From contig CM035352.1 in the NCBI GenBank assembly GCA_020137815.1, positions 372,001 through 436,000 of the forward strand: DNA of 64,000 nucleotides, in the 5' to 3' direction. This stretch comes from Hormiphora californensis. Its lineage: Eukaryota > Animalia > Ctenophora. Positions 1 through 12,803 of the stretch are shown here, one piece after another. The notes beneath the pieces were generated by a model. That model did not search any database. It was not told where the DNA came from and saw nothing but the letters and a program-made list of their open reading frames with translations. Numbering within the stretch: position 1 is the stretch's first letter; every line of letters starts with the position of its first letter. A program made the translations under genes and the position numbers.

Positions 1-157
1 ATCATGGATAAATACCAAGATGGATTTTAATTCAGGGGTTTACTAGACCGTGTGGCGTGTAACACAGATGCTATTGAAGAATACAGAACTGGGTAAGACT
101 ATGTTATATCAGCTGTAGTACAACCTACTGCACTGGAGTGTTGACAGATGTACAGTA

Positions 158-434
158 GGGGTTGCTAAGTTGAAAATTTTTGAATACACAATTTTAAAGT
201 GTTGCACGTGTATTGGGATGTTCTAGGGACTAATTTCCGTGTTTTTGAATTTAAATTTCAAAATTTTTTTTTTCGATTTTTTTCCCGATTTTTCATGAAA
301 ACAAGGGTCACAAAGTGGCTTGCGACTCGAAGCGGCTCAACCGTTTGGGCTGAAACTTCGGAAATCAGTAGAAAATTACCCACTGAATACCAGACATATT
401 GTTCCAAAGCGATATTTTTCAACTTAGCAACCCC
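158..434. mobile_element. Non-autonomous TIR element (MITE) with TA flanks
   Basis: Terminal inverted repeats GGGGTTGCTAAGTTGAAAA...TTTTCAACTTAGCAACCCC with TA on both sides. Further partial copies at about 644-900 and 996-1112. Confidence 0.75.
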
Positions 435-643
435 TAATGTACAGTGTACACACACCTTTATACCAGTCTGCCCGGTTTACACCCTATCAATGAGAGACAT
501 GTACCTTGTGATGATAAACAATACAAGTCCGACCCACTGTCGCTGAATCCGCGAGAAAGGGTCAGCGAGATTACTATACTGACTTACTGACTTAGGGTGG
601 CTTCCGTGTCCGAGCAAACATGTCCGAGCTATATTATATACAA

Positions 644-1112
644 TGCTAAGTTGAAAATTTTTGAATACACAATTTTAAAGTGTTGCACGTGTATTGAGAT
701 GTTCTAGGGACTAATTTCCGTGTTTTGAAATTTTAAAATTTCAAAATTTTTTTTCGATTTTTTCCCGATTTTTCACCGAAAACAAGGGTCACAAAAGTGG
801 CTTGCGACTCGAGGCGGCTCAACCGTTTGGGCTGAAACTTCGAATATCAGTAGAAAATTACCCACTGAATACCAGACATATTGTTCGAAAGCGATATTTT
901 GAGTATACAGCAAGATATACAAAATATAGTGCTCCATTGGCTTCATTAACCCTAAAATTCCCATTATTTACGCAAAAACGCGGGTTATGATAGTCGCTTG
1001 CGACTCGAAGCGGCTCAACCGTTTGGGCTGAAACTTCGGAAATCAGTAGAAAATTACCCACTGAATACCAGACATATTGTTCGAAAGCGATATTTTTCAA
1101 CTTAGCAACCCC
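644..1112. mobile_element. Rearranged second/third copy of the 158-434 MITE
   Basis: Near-identical internal sequence (GCTTGCGACTCGAAGCGGCTCAACCGTTTGGGCTGAAAC...) occurs twice. Ends in the same right TIR followed by TA. Confidence 0.7.
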
Positions 1113-1398
1113 TAATATGCATATGTATATAAAGTTATTGTACAGTGTCCATGTAACTCGAGATGATAAATAATTCGTGCTATCTGCCATAATATTCCTC
1201 TTTTTATGTTCTTTGGTTACCAGCCCTTGCCTTGCTCGACCCTCTCTCTCCGACCTCCGTGCCCCAGAAAATAAGATGTGTTTGAACAACCCGCAATCAC
1301 CCTTTACATTTTCTATACCAGCACCAACTCACCAACTCTCCTTCTCCATGCTTAAAGTTGTTATGTTTGCGAAACACTGTCTAGCTAGGCAAGCTTAA

Positions 1399-2249
1399 AG
1401 TGGACCGACACAGAAATTAACAAGATTGTTGTAGGTAGTGGAGAATAGTTCTGTGAGCATTTTGCCTTTTATTTTCCCCGTTTGAAATTAACTCCTTCAT
1501 TACTGAGATTCCAACCTATTTTTTGTATTTTTTTGTACGGGCCATACAAAAAATATTCAAAATTCTTGTTTTTTTTTCCGTACAAAAATACAAAAAAATA
1601 CAAAATATTCAACGATATATGGGTGCCTGATAAACGTGTAAATAATACATCGACAGGTCCCTTATGCCCACGGGTTCCTTATGCCCATGTACCACCGGAC
1701 CTAGGAACGGTAGACGTCTATGTGAAGCTTCTTAGTACCTACATACCAAATTTCAGCCTCCTAGCTCATCTGGTTCCTGAGTTAGGATTGTTTTGTTCAA
1801 ACCTTTTTATTTTATAAGGGGAAGGAGGGTCGAACAAGGCAAAGTTAGGAGGGGTCGAAAAGTAGTTGGGTCGGTTGTGAGACGTCATCTCCAGAAAAAT
1901 GTTTAAACCGGTTTTAACCAGTCCATGACATCAAGTAAAGAAACGTCCTAGGTCTTAAGTCAGAGTCTATGAACCCAAAAAGAATTTGGCTGGCCACCAC
2001 GAGGGATTACGGGTTTAGGTCAGGGCGCGGAGTTTTCACTGGTACCACGATGTTCAGCTCGGCGAGCTGAACAAAACCTAGTGGAGCCAAATGGGCTAAA
2101 ACTTTATATCTACGCTGTTGGCAAGCGGGCCCACTTTTTCGGGAAAAGTTTTTGGGGGAGGAAATAGGGCCACCTTTGCGCTTGCCAGCGCATTGATTCT
2201 CTACTACCTACAACAATCTTGTCCAATTCTATATCGGTCCACTCTCACT
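1399..2249. mobile_element. Non-autonomous TIR element with TTAA flanks (Kolobok-like), containing fragments of the Helentron-like C family
   Basis: TTAA|AGTGGACCGA...ACAAGATTGTTGTAGGTAG at the left is inverted at 2196-2249 (CTACCTACAACAATCTTGT...TCGGTCCACT...|TTAA). Internal 2095-2195 matches the hairpin end of the 14618 element. Confidence 0.55.
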
Positions 2250-2345
2250 TTAAATCTAACATATGACGGTTGTAATTAATTAGAATTCTGCCTCAATCAG
2301 CCTGTCATTGACAGGCCCTGTCAATTAGGTATCCAGGATAATGGA

Positions 2346-3008
2346 TTGGTGACATAGACACCGTGCGTGACCAAGATTGAGCTCACACACAGGTGTCTGC
2401 TCCGCCCCAAAAAGGGTCGTTTCTTTCAAGGGATGTTGCACGCGATCCACTGGACCGATTTGCATCCGGTTTGTCGCAAAAGACTACAAATTGATCCTAA
2501 TATACTGGAAAATACCGGAGAAGTTTGTCTGTCAACAGGAAGTGGGTCAAAATTGACACTGAAGTCAAATCTATATTCTGGCTTCCGAGAGTTTCTGCAC
2601 TACGCCCATGCGATTTAGAAGATATTGGGAGATATGTTGATGCAATTAGCATCAGCTATTAATGCCGGATATTTTCCAGTACTCACAAGAGTTCAACCTA
2701 TCTTCTGATACCTTCAGATTCATTCTAAACCGTCTGGGAGTGGTGCAAAAAGGCTTGGAAGATTTGACTTCAGTGTCAATTTTGACCCACTTCCTGTTGA
2801 CACACAAACTTCTCGGGTATTTTCCAGTAAACTAGGACCAATTTGCAGTCTCATGAAACAAGCGGGATGTAAATCCAGTGGATCACGTGCAATTTGGCTT
2901 GAAAGACACGACCCTTTTTTAGGGGGCGGAGCGGACACCTATGTGCGAGCTCGATCTCGGTCGCTGCGCGACCTCGATCTCGCACGCAATAGGTGTCAAT
3001 GTCACCAA
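2346..3008. mobile_element. Mutator-like MITE with long imperfect TIRs and 9-bp TSD
   Basis: TTGGTGACAT...ATGTCACCAA termini and inverted arms over 200 bp. Direct repeat GATAATGGA at 2337-2345 and 3009-3017. Confidence 0.75.
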
Positions 3009-3211
3009 GATAATGGACAGATGGGACAAGGAGGCATATTTCAATATCTACATTGGGTGGGGATGAAAGAGAGGTTTTGTGTCACACCATCTCTATCGAC
3101 ATAGGGGGGATTTGGGGGGGGGGGGGTTGGGGGTCAGGAGAAGTGAACATGTGCAATGGACTGGGCAGTGGGCAGACGGGCAGTTGGCAATGGCACTGGC
3201 GATATATTTTA

Positions 3212-4309
3212 GGGGGGGGGGGGTGACACGTAACACTTTGTAACACTTTGTAACATGTAACGTGCACAAAAAGTTTTCTGCACATGTTACAAAGTGTTAC
3301 ATAGTGTTACAAAGTGTTACAAAGTGTTACATAGTGTTACATAGTGTTACAAAGTGTTACAAAGTGTTACATAGTGTTACAAAGTGTTACATAGTGTTAC
3401 AAAGTGTTACATAGTGTTACAAAGTGTCACAAAGTGTTACAAATTGTTACAAAGTGTTACAAATTGTTACAAATTGTTACAAAGTGTTACAAATTGTTAC
3501 AAAACACAAGGATTTGTAGCGAAGCAAATTTTCAACGGTCGGTGAATAAGTAATTTGAACGACTTTGGTGTCTTTCTAGAACACATCTAAAAGTTTTAAA
3601 TCATTTCTAGGGTTAAAACATACACTTTTTTACTAATTTGCGGATGTTTTGAGCCTCCGATGTCATCGACTGTGGAAATCAGGGCTGGAATAGTCCATTT
3701 GGTAAAGAAAAATATGAACTTTAGACAACGGTAAAGTTTTTAGAGTGATATTAGAAGTATTGTGCCTCTCAGAGGCCCCCAATGTGCTGAGTCACCTGTG
3801 AGTTGTGACCCAATTGACTTTTTTTCATTGGTAATCGATTCTTTGTACTTAATAAGATGATATACGACGTTTCTGTTGGAAAAAGAAATAAAATTTTTCC
3901 AAAATCAATTTTTTGGTCAAAGATTGAAAATGTGCTTCGCTACAAATCCTTGTGTTTTTGTAACAATTTGTAACACTTTGTAACAATTTGTAACACTTTG
4001 TGACACTATGTAACACTTTGTGACACTTTGTAACACTATGTAACAATTTGTAACACTTTGTAACACTATGTAACACTATGTAACACTTTGTAACACTATG
4101 TAACACTTTGTAACACTTTGTAACACTATGTAACACTTTGTAACACTTTGTAACACTATGTAACACTTTGTAACACTATGTAACACTTTGTAACACTATG
4201 TAACACTTTGTAACACTATGTAACACTTTGTAACATGTAACGTGCACAAAAAGTTTTCTGCACATGTTACAAAGTGTTACAAAGTGTTACGTGTCACCCC
4301 CCCCCCCCC
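3212..4309. mobile_element. Foldback-type element with TIRs built of 10-bp tandem repeats (AAAGTGTTAC/ATAGTGTTAC)
   Basis: poly-G+TGACACGTAACAC at the left is mirrored by GTGTTACGTGTCA+poly-C at the right. The 10-mer arrays at about 3285-3500 and 3960-4235 are in opposite orientation. Inner TIR edges at about 3534 and 3924. Confidence 0.75.
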
Positions 4310-4505
4310 ATTTTATAACATGTTTGCTTAACTCTGATGTTTATATTTGCTTTCATCAGTTTAACAGGGACCGAATCGTTTCTTGACAGGTTCTCCCTTT
4401 CACTTTTCATCGCCACTCTCACTCGGCCACCAGCCACCCGCCCGTGCGCTCTTGAGTATGAACACGCACATGGTAACATTAAACGTGCTAAATGATTCAG
4501 AGAGT

Positions 4506-4555
<50 letters not shown>

Positions 4556-4767
4556 GAGAGAGAGAGAGTTAGAGTGAGAGAGAGATAGGTAGAGAGAGAG
4601 AGAGATAGGTAGAGATAGGGAGAGATAGAAAGAGATGTTATAATAAATATCATTGAATGTTGTTGTAAACTGTATCACTTGTAAAATCATCCACCCACTT
4701 GTAAGACTAACTTCTAATTTAATAAAACTCCATCTATTCTCTCTCTCTCTCTCTAGGAACTCTCAAC

Positions 4768-6576
4768 ATGCTATCATGGAGTGGCTTCCTCAGTTCCCGA
4801 CTACAAGCCCAGGCGAGTAATGCTGTTATAATAGCAGTAGATGGTGAGGTTCCTGTGAACGCTGAACTAATTACACTCCTACTCGGCATGAATGATTCGG
4901 AGGAGTTGAACAGTGTTAAAACATTAACTATACCAGGTATGGTAGAATGTACAGTGGAGAGAGTAAGAGAAATCATTTGTTTTCTTTACACCGGTCACGG
5001 GAGTGTTACCGAGGAAAACTACTTCCAGATTTACATGTTTGCAACCCATTGGGGTCTCAATTGGCTGCTGATACTGGTTAAAACGTGGATTGAAAAGTAC
5101 CTAAACAGTATATTTGGATGGGGCTACCTAAATAACTGCTCCAAAGCAGTCTCCAAGGCTGAGGATTACTTCCTAGCCAACCTGGTGACTGATGACCTGT
5201 TTTCCCTCCTCTCTGTTACTCCTGAAAATGAGTTTCATATTTCAGGATTGGAAATGAGCCTGGTCACAAAAGTTCTTAGCTTGGCATGCTTCCCTTGTTC
5301 CCTGGCTCCTGTGGAATTCGCAATTTCTTGGCGTGAAGCCAACGAAATGATCTATAATTCAGCATCACGAGGATTAATTGCAGTTATTCTTGACTACGAC
5401 TACTCCACCCTTATAATACAGGGAAGGGTTGAAAAATTCAGAAAAATTAGAGATCGCTTGGATAAGATAGTGTCCGATTCCACAGATACAGAATTCAAGA
5501 AAGAAGTTGACGATGTGTTTCATCGAGCACTGGAAAAGGGATATGATTTGCTTCTAAAAGCCGGACCACTACAAAATACCTCCCTTCTACATCTTGATGT
5601 TTCGACGCTAACAAGAATACTGAAAAGCATATCGACACCCCTCCTAGGGTACAGGGATGAAAACAGATTCCTTTTGGAAAATATCGCATCTTGGTGTGAA
5701 GAAAGAGAGTGGTCTACCCAAGGAATTAGAGATGTATTGTCCACAATCATCAGTCCTGAGGAGCTGTATCGGGAAAGCGGCAGCCTATACCGAACCCTTG
5801 ATAGATTGCACCTAATGGAGTCCAGTGAGGGTGCTATTTTTAAATTGTTCTTGAAAAAAGAAGTTACTGGGGTGAAGACGCTGTATCGATTATTGCTTCA
5901 GCATCCTACAAGGTGGAGTGAGTTCAGCCTGCAACAGGCGGTTGAGATGATACAAAGCTTTAGAGATGATCTGGACAGCTATACCACCCTGGGACTACTT
6001 TCTAGGGCCATGCAAACGTGCAAATTGAGTGGAGATGAAGGAGAGATGAAAAGCTTGGAAAATCTGACGAGTTCCATTGAGCCCGTACATCCCCGGTTTT
6101 TGAAAGATCTGGCACTAATGGGACCTAATGGGGTACCTCTTCAGATCGCAACCTCGCGACAAAGCGAAGAAGTATTCTTTGACGGCCTACTTCCTCCTGA
6201 TGACTCTACCGGTTTTGGAGAGAAGTCCAACATTTGTACTCACAAAAGGCAGGCCGGAGAGTTTACGCAAGGAAGTCGATTCATGTCTTTTAAGTCTTCC
6301 ACAAAGTTAATCCGTATAGGGATCGACGGCAACCGCCTTCCCTCAGTGTTCAAGTACCAGATGACAGGGCTGAGAAACCGAAGAGACAGTCAAGCACTGC
6401 TTGATCAGGTCCTTGAAGATGTTACAGGGCAGTTTGTCTGTGTGTATGCGGTGCAGCCTGATTTGGGATCCCTCTATCTACCGGGCATGGGGGCAGGGGC
6501 AATAGAGAGAGTTCTGCTGAATGCAAGGGAGGGACTCAGACTTGTTGTCATCTCTAGAAGGATCGTGTTGATTTGA
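4768..6576 (+). CDS. BTB/POZ-domain protein with BACK-like helical repeats, 602 aa, single coding exon
   Basis: Long uninterrupted ORF. The segment REIICFLYTGHGSVTEENYFQIYMFATHWGLNWLL matches the C-terminal BTB helices. BACK-like segments follow (LLHLDVSTLTRILKS...ENRFLLENIASW). No Kelch repeats visible. Confidence 0.75.
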   Translation: MLSWSGFLSSRLQAQASNAVIIAVDGEVPVNAELITLLLGMNDSEELNSVKTLTIPGMVECTVERVREIICFLYTGHGSVTEENYFQIYMFATHWGLNWLLILVKTWIEKYLNSIFGWGYLNNCSKAVSKAEDYFLANLVTDDLFSLLSVTPENEFHISGLEMSLVTKVLSLACFPCSLAPVEFAISWREANEMIYNSASRGLIAVILDYDYSTLIIQGRVEKFRKIRDRLDKIVSDSTDTEFKKEVDDVFHRALEKGYDLLLKAGPLQNTSLLHLDVSTLTRILKSISTPLLGYRDENRFLLENIASWCEEREWSTQGIRDVLSTIISPEELYRESGSLYRTLDRLHLMESSEGAIFKLFLKKEVTGVKTLYRLLLQHPTRWSEFSLQQAVEMIQSFRDDLDSYTTLGLLSRAMQTCKLSGDEGEMKSLENLTSSIEPVHPRFLKDLALMGPNGVPLQIATSRQSEEVFFDGLLPPDDSTGFGEKSNICTHKRQAGEFTQGSRFMSFKSSTKLIRIGIDGNRLPSVFKYQMTGLRNRRDSQALLDQVLEDVTGQFVCVYAVQPDLGSLYLPGMGAGAIERVLLNAREGLRLVVISRRIVLI

Positions 6577-7207
6577 TCGTGGTGGGGACTTGATTACTGT
6601 TAAGACTGATAAAACTGTTTTTATAAGGTGGGAAATTGGAATTAATAACAAACTCAAATATACACTTAATAAATAACACATTCTAGTAGACAATGTTGAG
6701 TCCTTGAGATGACAAAGTACTACATGATTTAAATCCTTAGCATATAGTTGGAACTATAAATAAAGGTGACTTGCCAAATTCCAACAAGTGGCGGTGTTTT
6801 AATTTTTATCCCAAATGTAACTTTTTATAGTCTTCCCAGAGGGTACAAATTGTGTGTGAATGTTCTAGTGTTGAATGCAATATTAAAATATTTAAAAAGT
6901 ATCTCTGTTTATGTTATATGTTAGCAGTGAAAATCGGAGATTTAAACACGGCGACGCGGCTTAGCTGATTTTAGAGGTAATTCCGTTCATTAACAACCAG
7001 TATAGGTGTAGCTAAAGGTCCACATGTGTCACTCATATCCGCTGAACAACACGTCACTTTCTTCTGAGGGTGATATTTGGCCTTGTTAAAATTCACAGTT
7101 TCTGTGTGATTTTTCACCCGGAAGGCAAAAAAGGCAAATTGGTTTAGATTGAAAAAAAAAACAATCAAGAAAATAAGAACCACAGATTGAAACATGAAAT
7201 ACTGAGT

Positions 7208-8843
7208 CACGGTGCACCAGAAGGATCGTCAACCCAAAGTTGAGCCCACAAAACAAACTTTTGTTGGGGGTGACCCAGGAGGCCTTCCTGAACATCCCCA
7301 CGGTGAGAAAAGTATATGTTATCGGGGGAAATTTTTGTTAAAATCGAAAAAACTGGTTTTTGGTCCAAATTTGTGCATAACTTACTTGACTGCCGTTTGA
7401 TGAAATATCTGATTGGCATAAAATAAGTATACAAGACCTATTTTTGCACGAGAAATCGATTGCCGGTGGAGAGAAATCTCTAAAATGACCGGAAAATTGT
7501 AAAATATGGGAATTTTGTCATTTTTTTGAGGTTTTTGGCCCTTTAACCATTGAAAACGTTGAGATAGGAAGTTGGCAATAGCGCCAATCGTTAAAATGGT
7601 CATTTTTCTACGGGATCCCAAAATTTCATGTATATCCGATTCATGGTTAGATTTTGGCAAACTATTGAGATGTGCTTACTGAAAAAAGGATAACTTGATT
7701 TTCTCGTTTTTTGCGATTTTTTAACTTTTGAAAGAATTCTGATTGAAATGGCCAATCAGGGCCATGCTAAAGTTGTTTATGGGAGAATTTTCCACCAAAA
7801 TCCAAGATTTCATGCAAATCCAATGACAGATCATTGATTTATAGAAAGTTGAAATAGGCAAAAAAGGCTATTTTTACCATGAAAACAAAAATACACATTT
7901 TTTCTTGTCAATTTCCATCAACAACTGGTACCCTACCTATTTTTTGCACGTAGAATCGATTGCCGGTGGAGTGGATCCTCTTAAATGATTGGAAAGCGGT
8001 CGAAATGTCATTTTTTAGAAGTTTTTGGACCTCCAAAAAATGGCATTTCGACCGCTTTCTATTCATTTAAGAGGATCCACTCCACCGGCAATCGATTCTA
8101 CGTGCAAAAATAGGTAGGGTACCAGTTGTTGATGGAAATTGACAAGAAAAAATGTGTATTTTTGTTTTCATGGTAAAAATTGGCCTTTTTTGCCTATTTC
8201 AACTTTCTATAAATCAATGATCTGTCATTGGATTTGCATGAAATCTTGGATTTTGGTGGAAAATTCTCCCATAAACAACTTTAGCATGGCCCTGATTGGC
8301 CATTTCAATCAGAATTCTTTCAAAAGTTAAAAAATCGCAAAAAACGAGAAAATCAAGTTATCCTTTTTTCAGTAAGCACATCTCAATAGTTTGCCAAAAT
8401 CTAACTATGAATCGGATATACATGAAATTTTGGGATCCCGTAGAAAAATGACCATTTTAACGATTGGCGCTATTGCCAACTTCCTATCTCAACGTTTTCA
8501 ATGGTTAAAGGGCCAAAAACCTCAAAAAAATGACAAAATTCCCATATTTTACAATTTTCCGGTCATTTTAGAGATTTCTCTCCACCGGCAATCGATTCCT
8601 CGTGCAAAAATAGGTCTTGTATACTTATTTTATGCCAATCAGATATTTCATCAAACGGCAGTCAAGTAAGTTATGCACAAATTTGGACCAAAAACCAGTT
8701 TTTTCGATTTTAACAAAAATTTCCCCCGATAACATATACTTTTCTCACCGTGGGGATGTTCAGGAAGGCCTCCTGGGTCACCCCCAACAAAAGTTTGTTT
8801 TGTGGGCTCAACTTTGGGTTGACGATCCTTCTGGTGCACCGTG
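7208..8843. mobile_element. 1.6-kb near-perfect palindromic non-autonomous DNA transposon (CAC...GTG ends, 4-bp TSD, Chapaev/CMC-like)
   Basis: Arms of about 810 bp are reverse complements with scattered mismatches and a short central loop near 8018-8033. Flanks read GAGT|CACGGTG...CACCGTG|GAGT. Confidence 0.8.
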
Positions 8844-10574
8844 GAGTAGTACGAACCAGGGGGGTATTGTGGGGTGAGGTCTCCACTCTAAGGACTACTG
8901 CTAGTTTCGTTCTGGGACATAGTTTAGAACTGTGCGCTATATACGTTCTACACTCTGACACGCAAACCATCTAGGAAGATAAAGTGGTTAGTAAGTACTA
9001 TACTACTGCAGCTGCATATGATATGGATGCCAATAAAATATGTCATAAAGACAAATCCAAGCGTATAAATATAAAATACCTTTCTGTGTCTGTTGGTAGG
9101 GAGAACACTACTTCCAGTTACTATACCCCGTCTAAAACGATGCCTTCTACCAGCGTTCCTCCCTGATCCTCCTCTCCTGTTGTTTCTGCTGCCCCCAAAG
9201 TTGGCCTTGAAGGCACTGTGTAGGATAAGATGTTCATCACGTGTTTCTTTGTTCCTCCTTCGAGAACTCCGATCTTGGTTTGTCCCCTAAAGAGAGCAAA
9301 TATTGAGTATGACCGATATAATATCGGTATTCATATTTCAGTAGCCGGGATAATGAGCGAGAAATGTAGGATCACCGTAGTGATCTTTGCAAATGAAGAA
9401 CTAAACGAATGTTTTCTGTGAGAGAGAGAATGAGAGAGGGAGAGAGATAGTGAAGGAGACGAGGATATTTAGTAGATAGAGACGAGAGAAGAGAGAGTAG
9501 ATAGACGAGACCTCGAACCTGAGAGAGAGGAGCAGAGCGAGAACGGGAGAGAGAAGCGAGTAGATCAAGAGAGATAGAAGAGAGAGATGAGAGAATATGA
9601 GAGAGAAGAGAGATAGAAGTATAGATGAGGAGAACTATAGCTTAACTATTTATGCGGATGAGACATCGAAGACATAGATGTAGGTCAAGAGATCTACGTA
9701 TTCCCTAGGGAAAATAGCCGAAAGAATGCGAAGCACCTCGATGAAGAACGCATTGGGAGAGAGACCGATAAGAACCAGCTGACAAGAACCTAGGTTTGAT
9801 GGCAGTCAAATGAGCTAAAGGATCGGTCAGGTAGAGACGGTAGACAAAGAAATGGAAGCCTAGAGCAATGAAGAGAAATAGAAGGGCCATGCTGACAACC
9901 TTTTTTTGGAGTGATCTCGCTAAATACTATACTAAGGGTCAGAGGTGAACGTTCCCTAAATACCAAAATTTATGTGAAGCATTTTTCGTCCTGCAATTTG
10001 TTTTTCAACGAAGGCTTTAAACAAGATTACCATGTGCCCTCACACCTGTTTTGATGGCTACTGTTGAGCTATAATTGCGGCCAAATTTAGGTTTGACTAA
10101 TCAAGAGTTTCGGTCCCTTGCATTCAACTGAGTACAGGGCACGTTGGCCACATAGTTGGGCGCTCTTTTGTTCTCTTTCATCCCGTGTTTATGTCCGTTT
10201 TCTTCCCAATTCCCGACCCGGTGGAGCAAGTACTGACACAAGAACAATTAGTTTAGGCATGACTATCTTAAATTGCCGCTTGTGTAAAAATTACTTTTAC
10301 TGTCTTCCTGATATGATTGGGCTATCGTTCTTGGGTTGGGCCACATCCCTCTCCCAGCTTCTTCGCCATGTGTTCCCCGTTTCTTCTCCTAGGACCCGTA
10401 CTGCGCCTGATGCCGGTTGCGCTCTCTTCCGTATCTCCGTGTCATTCCTTTCCTGCGACCGGTGACGCTAGCGCGTCGTCTCTTGCATGGGTTCGAATAC
10501 AGTCTGTGCCATCGCTCGGAGGTTACGGGCGGGGGTCATCTCGCTCTCCGGATGGACGATCTCTTCGTCTTTCG

Positions 10575-10620
<46 letters not shown>

Positions 10621-11001
10621 TATGCTGATTATAATATGTTATGCTCACCAGGCTCGGCCTCTTTTGTATGTAGGTAGGATGGTATCTCTAATATGGTCGT
10701 AGAACACCTCTGACCAAAGTGGTTTCTATCACAACTGAAATTAGTTCAGCTAAATCAATTTGTTTCACCATCTGTCATTTAGTACAGGACCAAATAATAA
10801 CTTAGTGGCTCTGGCCAGGTAAGTACTTCAAGGGCATTATAAATATATTCTCTTCGTAGTTTTATTTCATGATTCTGTTAGAAAAAAAAATTCTACCAAC
10901 AAGGTCTATCTTCGAGTGCTCTTCATAGGTCAACAAGGTTAGTCTGGACTGAGGTCCTTCACCCATTGTTCTATGCACACCTCTCAGATCATAGAGAGAA
11001 A

Positions 11002-11057
<56 letters not shown>

Positions 11058-12803
11058 AGGCGAGAGAGCTCCGATCTAATCAAAGCCTCTCTACGCCCCT
11101 TCGTTGCGGCTCACGTCAGACCACCTTAGGTGACTCCTATGTCCCACGGGATTCTGAGTACTATCGACAGTTCCCAGTAATCAACTCACGGCAGAAACGG
11201 TGGATTCAATATTTGGCAAGATTCGTGTATAACGACACTCCCTGCAAGATAGACCTTCTGTAGTCCAAGGCAGGTTTGGCAAGTCCGATAACCCGCAGTA
11301 TTCTCTCGCAAATACCGCGTCTCAGATACTGTCGAGAGGATAGGATTGCTGAGGGCAATAAGACTAGCGACACATTGGGGGGAAGACATTTGCGAAATGA
11401 ACCAGGATGCGAGAAACAGGAAATGTTTGAGAAGGAGTTGCATAGCCGAAATAGAGGTGAACAACATTAGTTTGTGACACCACATAGGAAGTTGAGATCG
11501 GAGTCAGATTCTAAATGAAACAACGATCACCTGTAGCCGATAGTAATGGTTGAGACCAAACAGTTGGCCAAATACTCGTAAAACCGACAAAGTATTTTAC
11601 ACTATATAGTTTGAGATCGTCGTAGAGGTAGTATCTGCAATAAACGTAAACATTGGACAACATTTTCATTTCCGATACCGTCTTCGAATGTTTATTGTGC
11701 TTGAACTTCCAAAGTTTGTGCCAAGAAATGGATATTATTGACCAATAAATCAATAAATTATAGATCCCGATATAGAGGCAACATTTTACGACCATAAATG
11801 TTTAATATCGGACTAATTAACAGAACCCCCCTGTTAAATAAGGTTGTTGCCCTGTTCGAAGACCACGATTTAAAGATATGCTAAAACATTATTTATGCGC
11901 AATAGATATGCCTGATTTCGCAATTTTTCTTGGTTACTTCTTCGAAATTTTAACCAAGAAAGTGGAGGTTGAGTTATGACCAAAACTATAAAAATTGTGT
12001 CCATATCAAGGCAACATTTATCGCTTACCTATTAACATGTGCCCTGTTTAATACGCCTAACTGGTTAGAAAGCAAGAACCCTGTTTAAATACAAGGATTG
12101 TTGCTGTTCGAGATATCCGATATAAAGATATTGCTAATACATCAGTACTGTGGCAATATGATATGCGCCTAGATATATCGAATCCAGTGGATCGCTTGGT
12201 TACTTCCTTCGTTAAACAAGCATTGAAACTGGAGGGTTGGAGTAACTCATATACAGTGCGGCACATTAATGTGTTTGTATCTGATTTTTCGGAATGACCA
12301 GTTGGGCTATTAAACAGTAATCACGACATATTAATTGTATTGACTATTGGTGAAGGAATTCCTGTTACAAACAATTTCTCGTCACAGCTATTTGAAACTT
12401 CGGTGTGTGTCATGTTGATGAGATCTCAAGACTAAATTAGTCTTCCCCTAAAGGTCCCCACATATCGATTGCAACCGATGCTAATGAATAGTCATATTTG
12501 CGTAGGCTCCATAATGGGGCCTTATCATCCTTGAGAAATATCATGAATGAACATCGGTTAGAACCGATAGGGGATCCCTTAAAAAATTGGTGGTGGAAAT
12601 GCTTTGGTAACACGTTCCAGGTTGTCCTGTCTTATCCCCTAATTAACTGCCCCGCATATAATAGGAATTTTATGTTATTAGACACACATGTTTCTGTATA
12701 TGTTGTGAATCAGGCATTCAGATATGATTGTAACTATAGCTTCACTTTAACACAGCTTAATTAAAATTATGCTATTTGTCTGTGTTGCCAGCGTAGCAGC
12801 ATC

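Noticed and set aside
3849-4166. ORF with repeated VLHSVTKCYK
   Set aside because: Translation of the 10-bp tandem array.
7086-8974. Paired near-identical ORFs on both strands (e.g. 7382-7660 and 8391-8669)
   Set aside because: By-products of the palindrome, with no protein-like features.
8850-11500. Possible exons (9100-9290 minus, 11130-11470 plus)
   Set aside because: No consistent gene model or recognisable motif, and adjacent sequence looks garbled.
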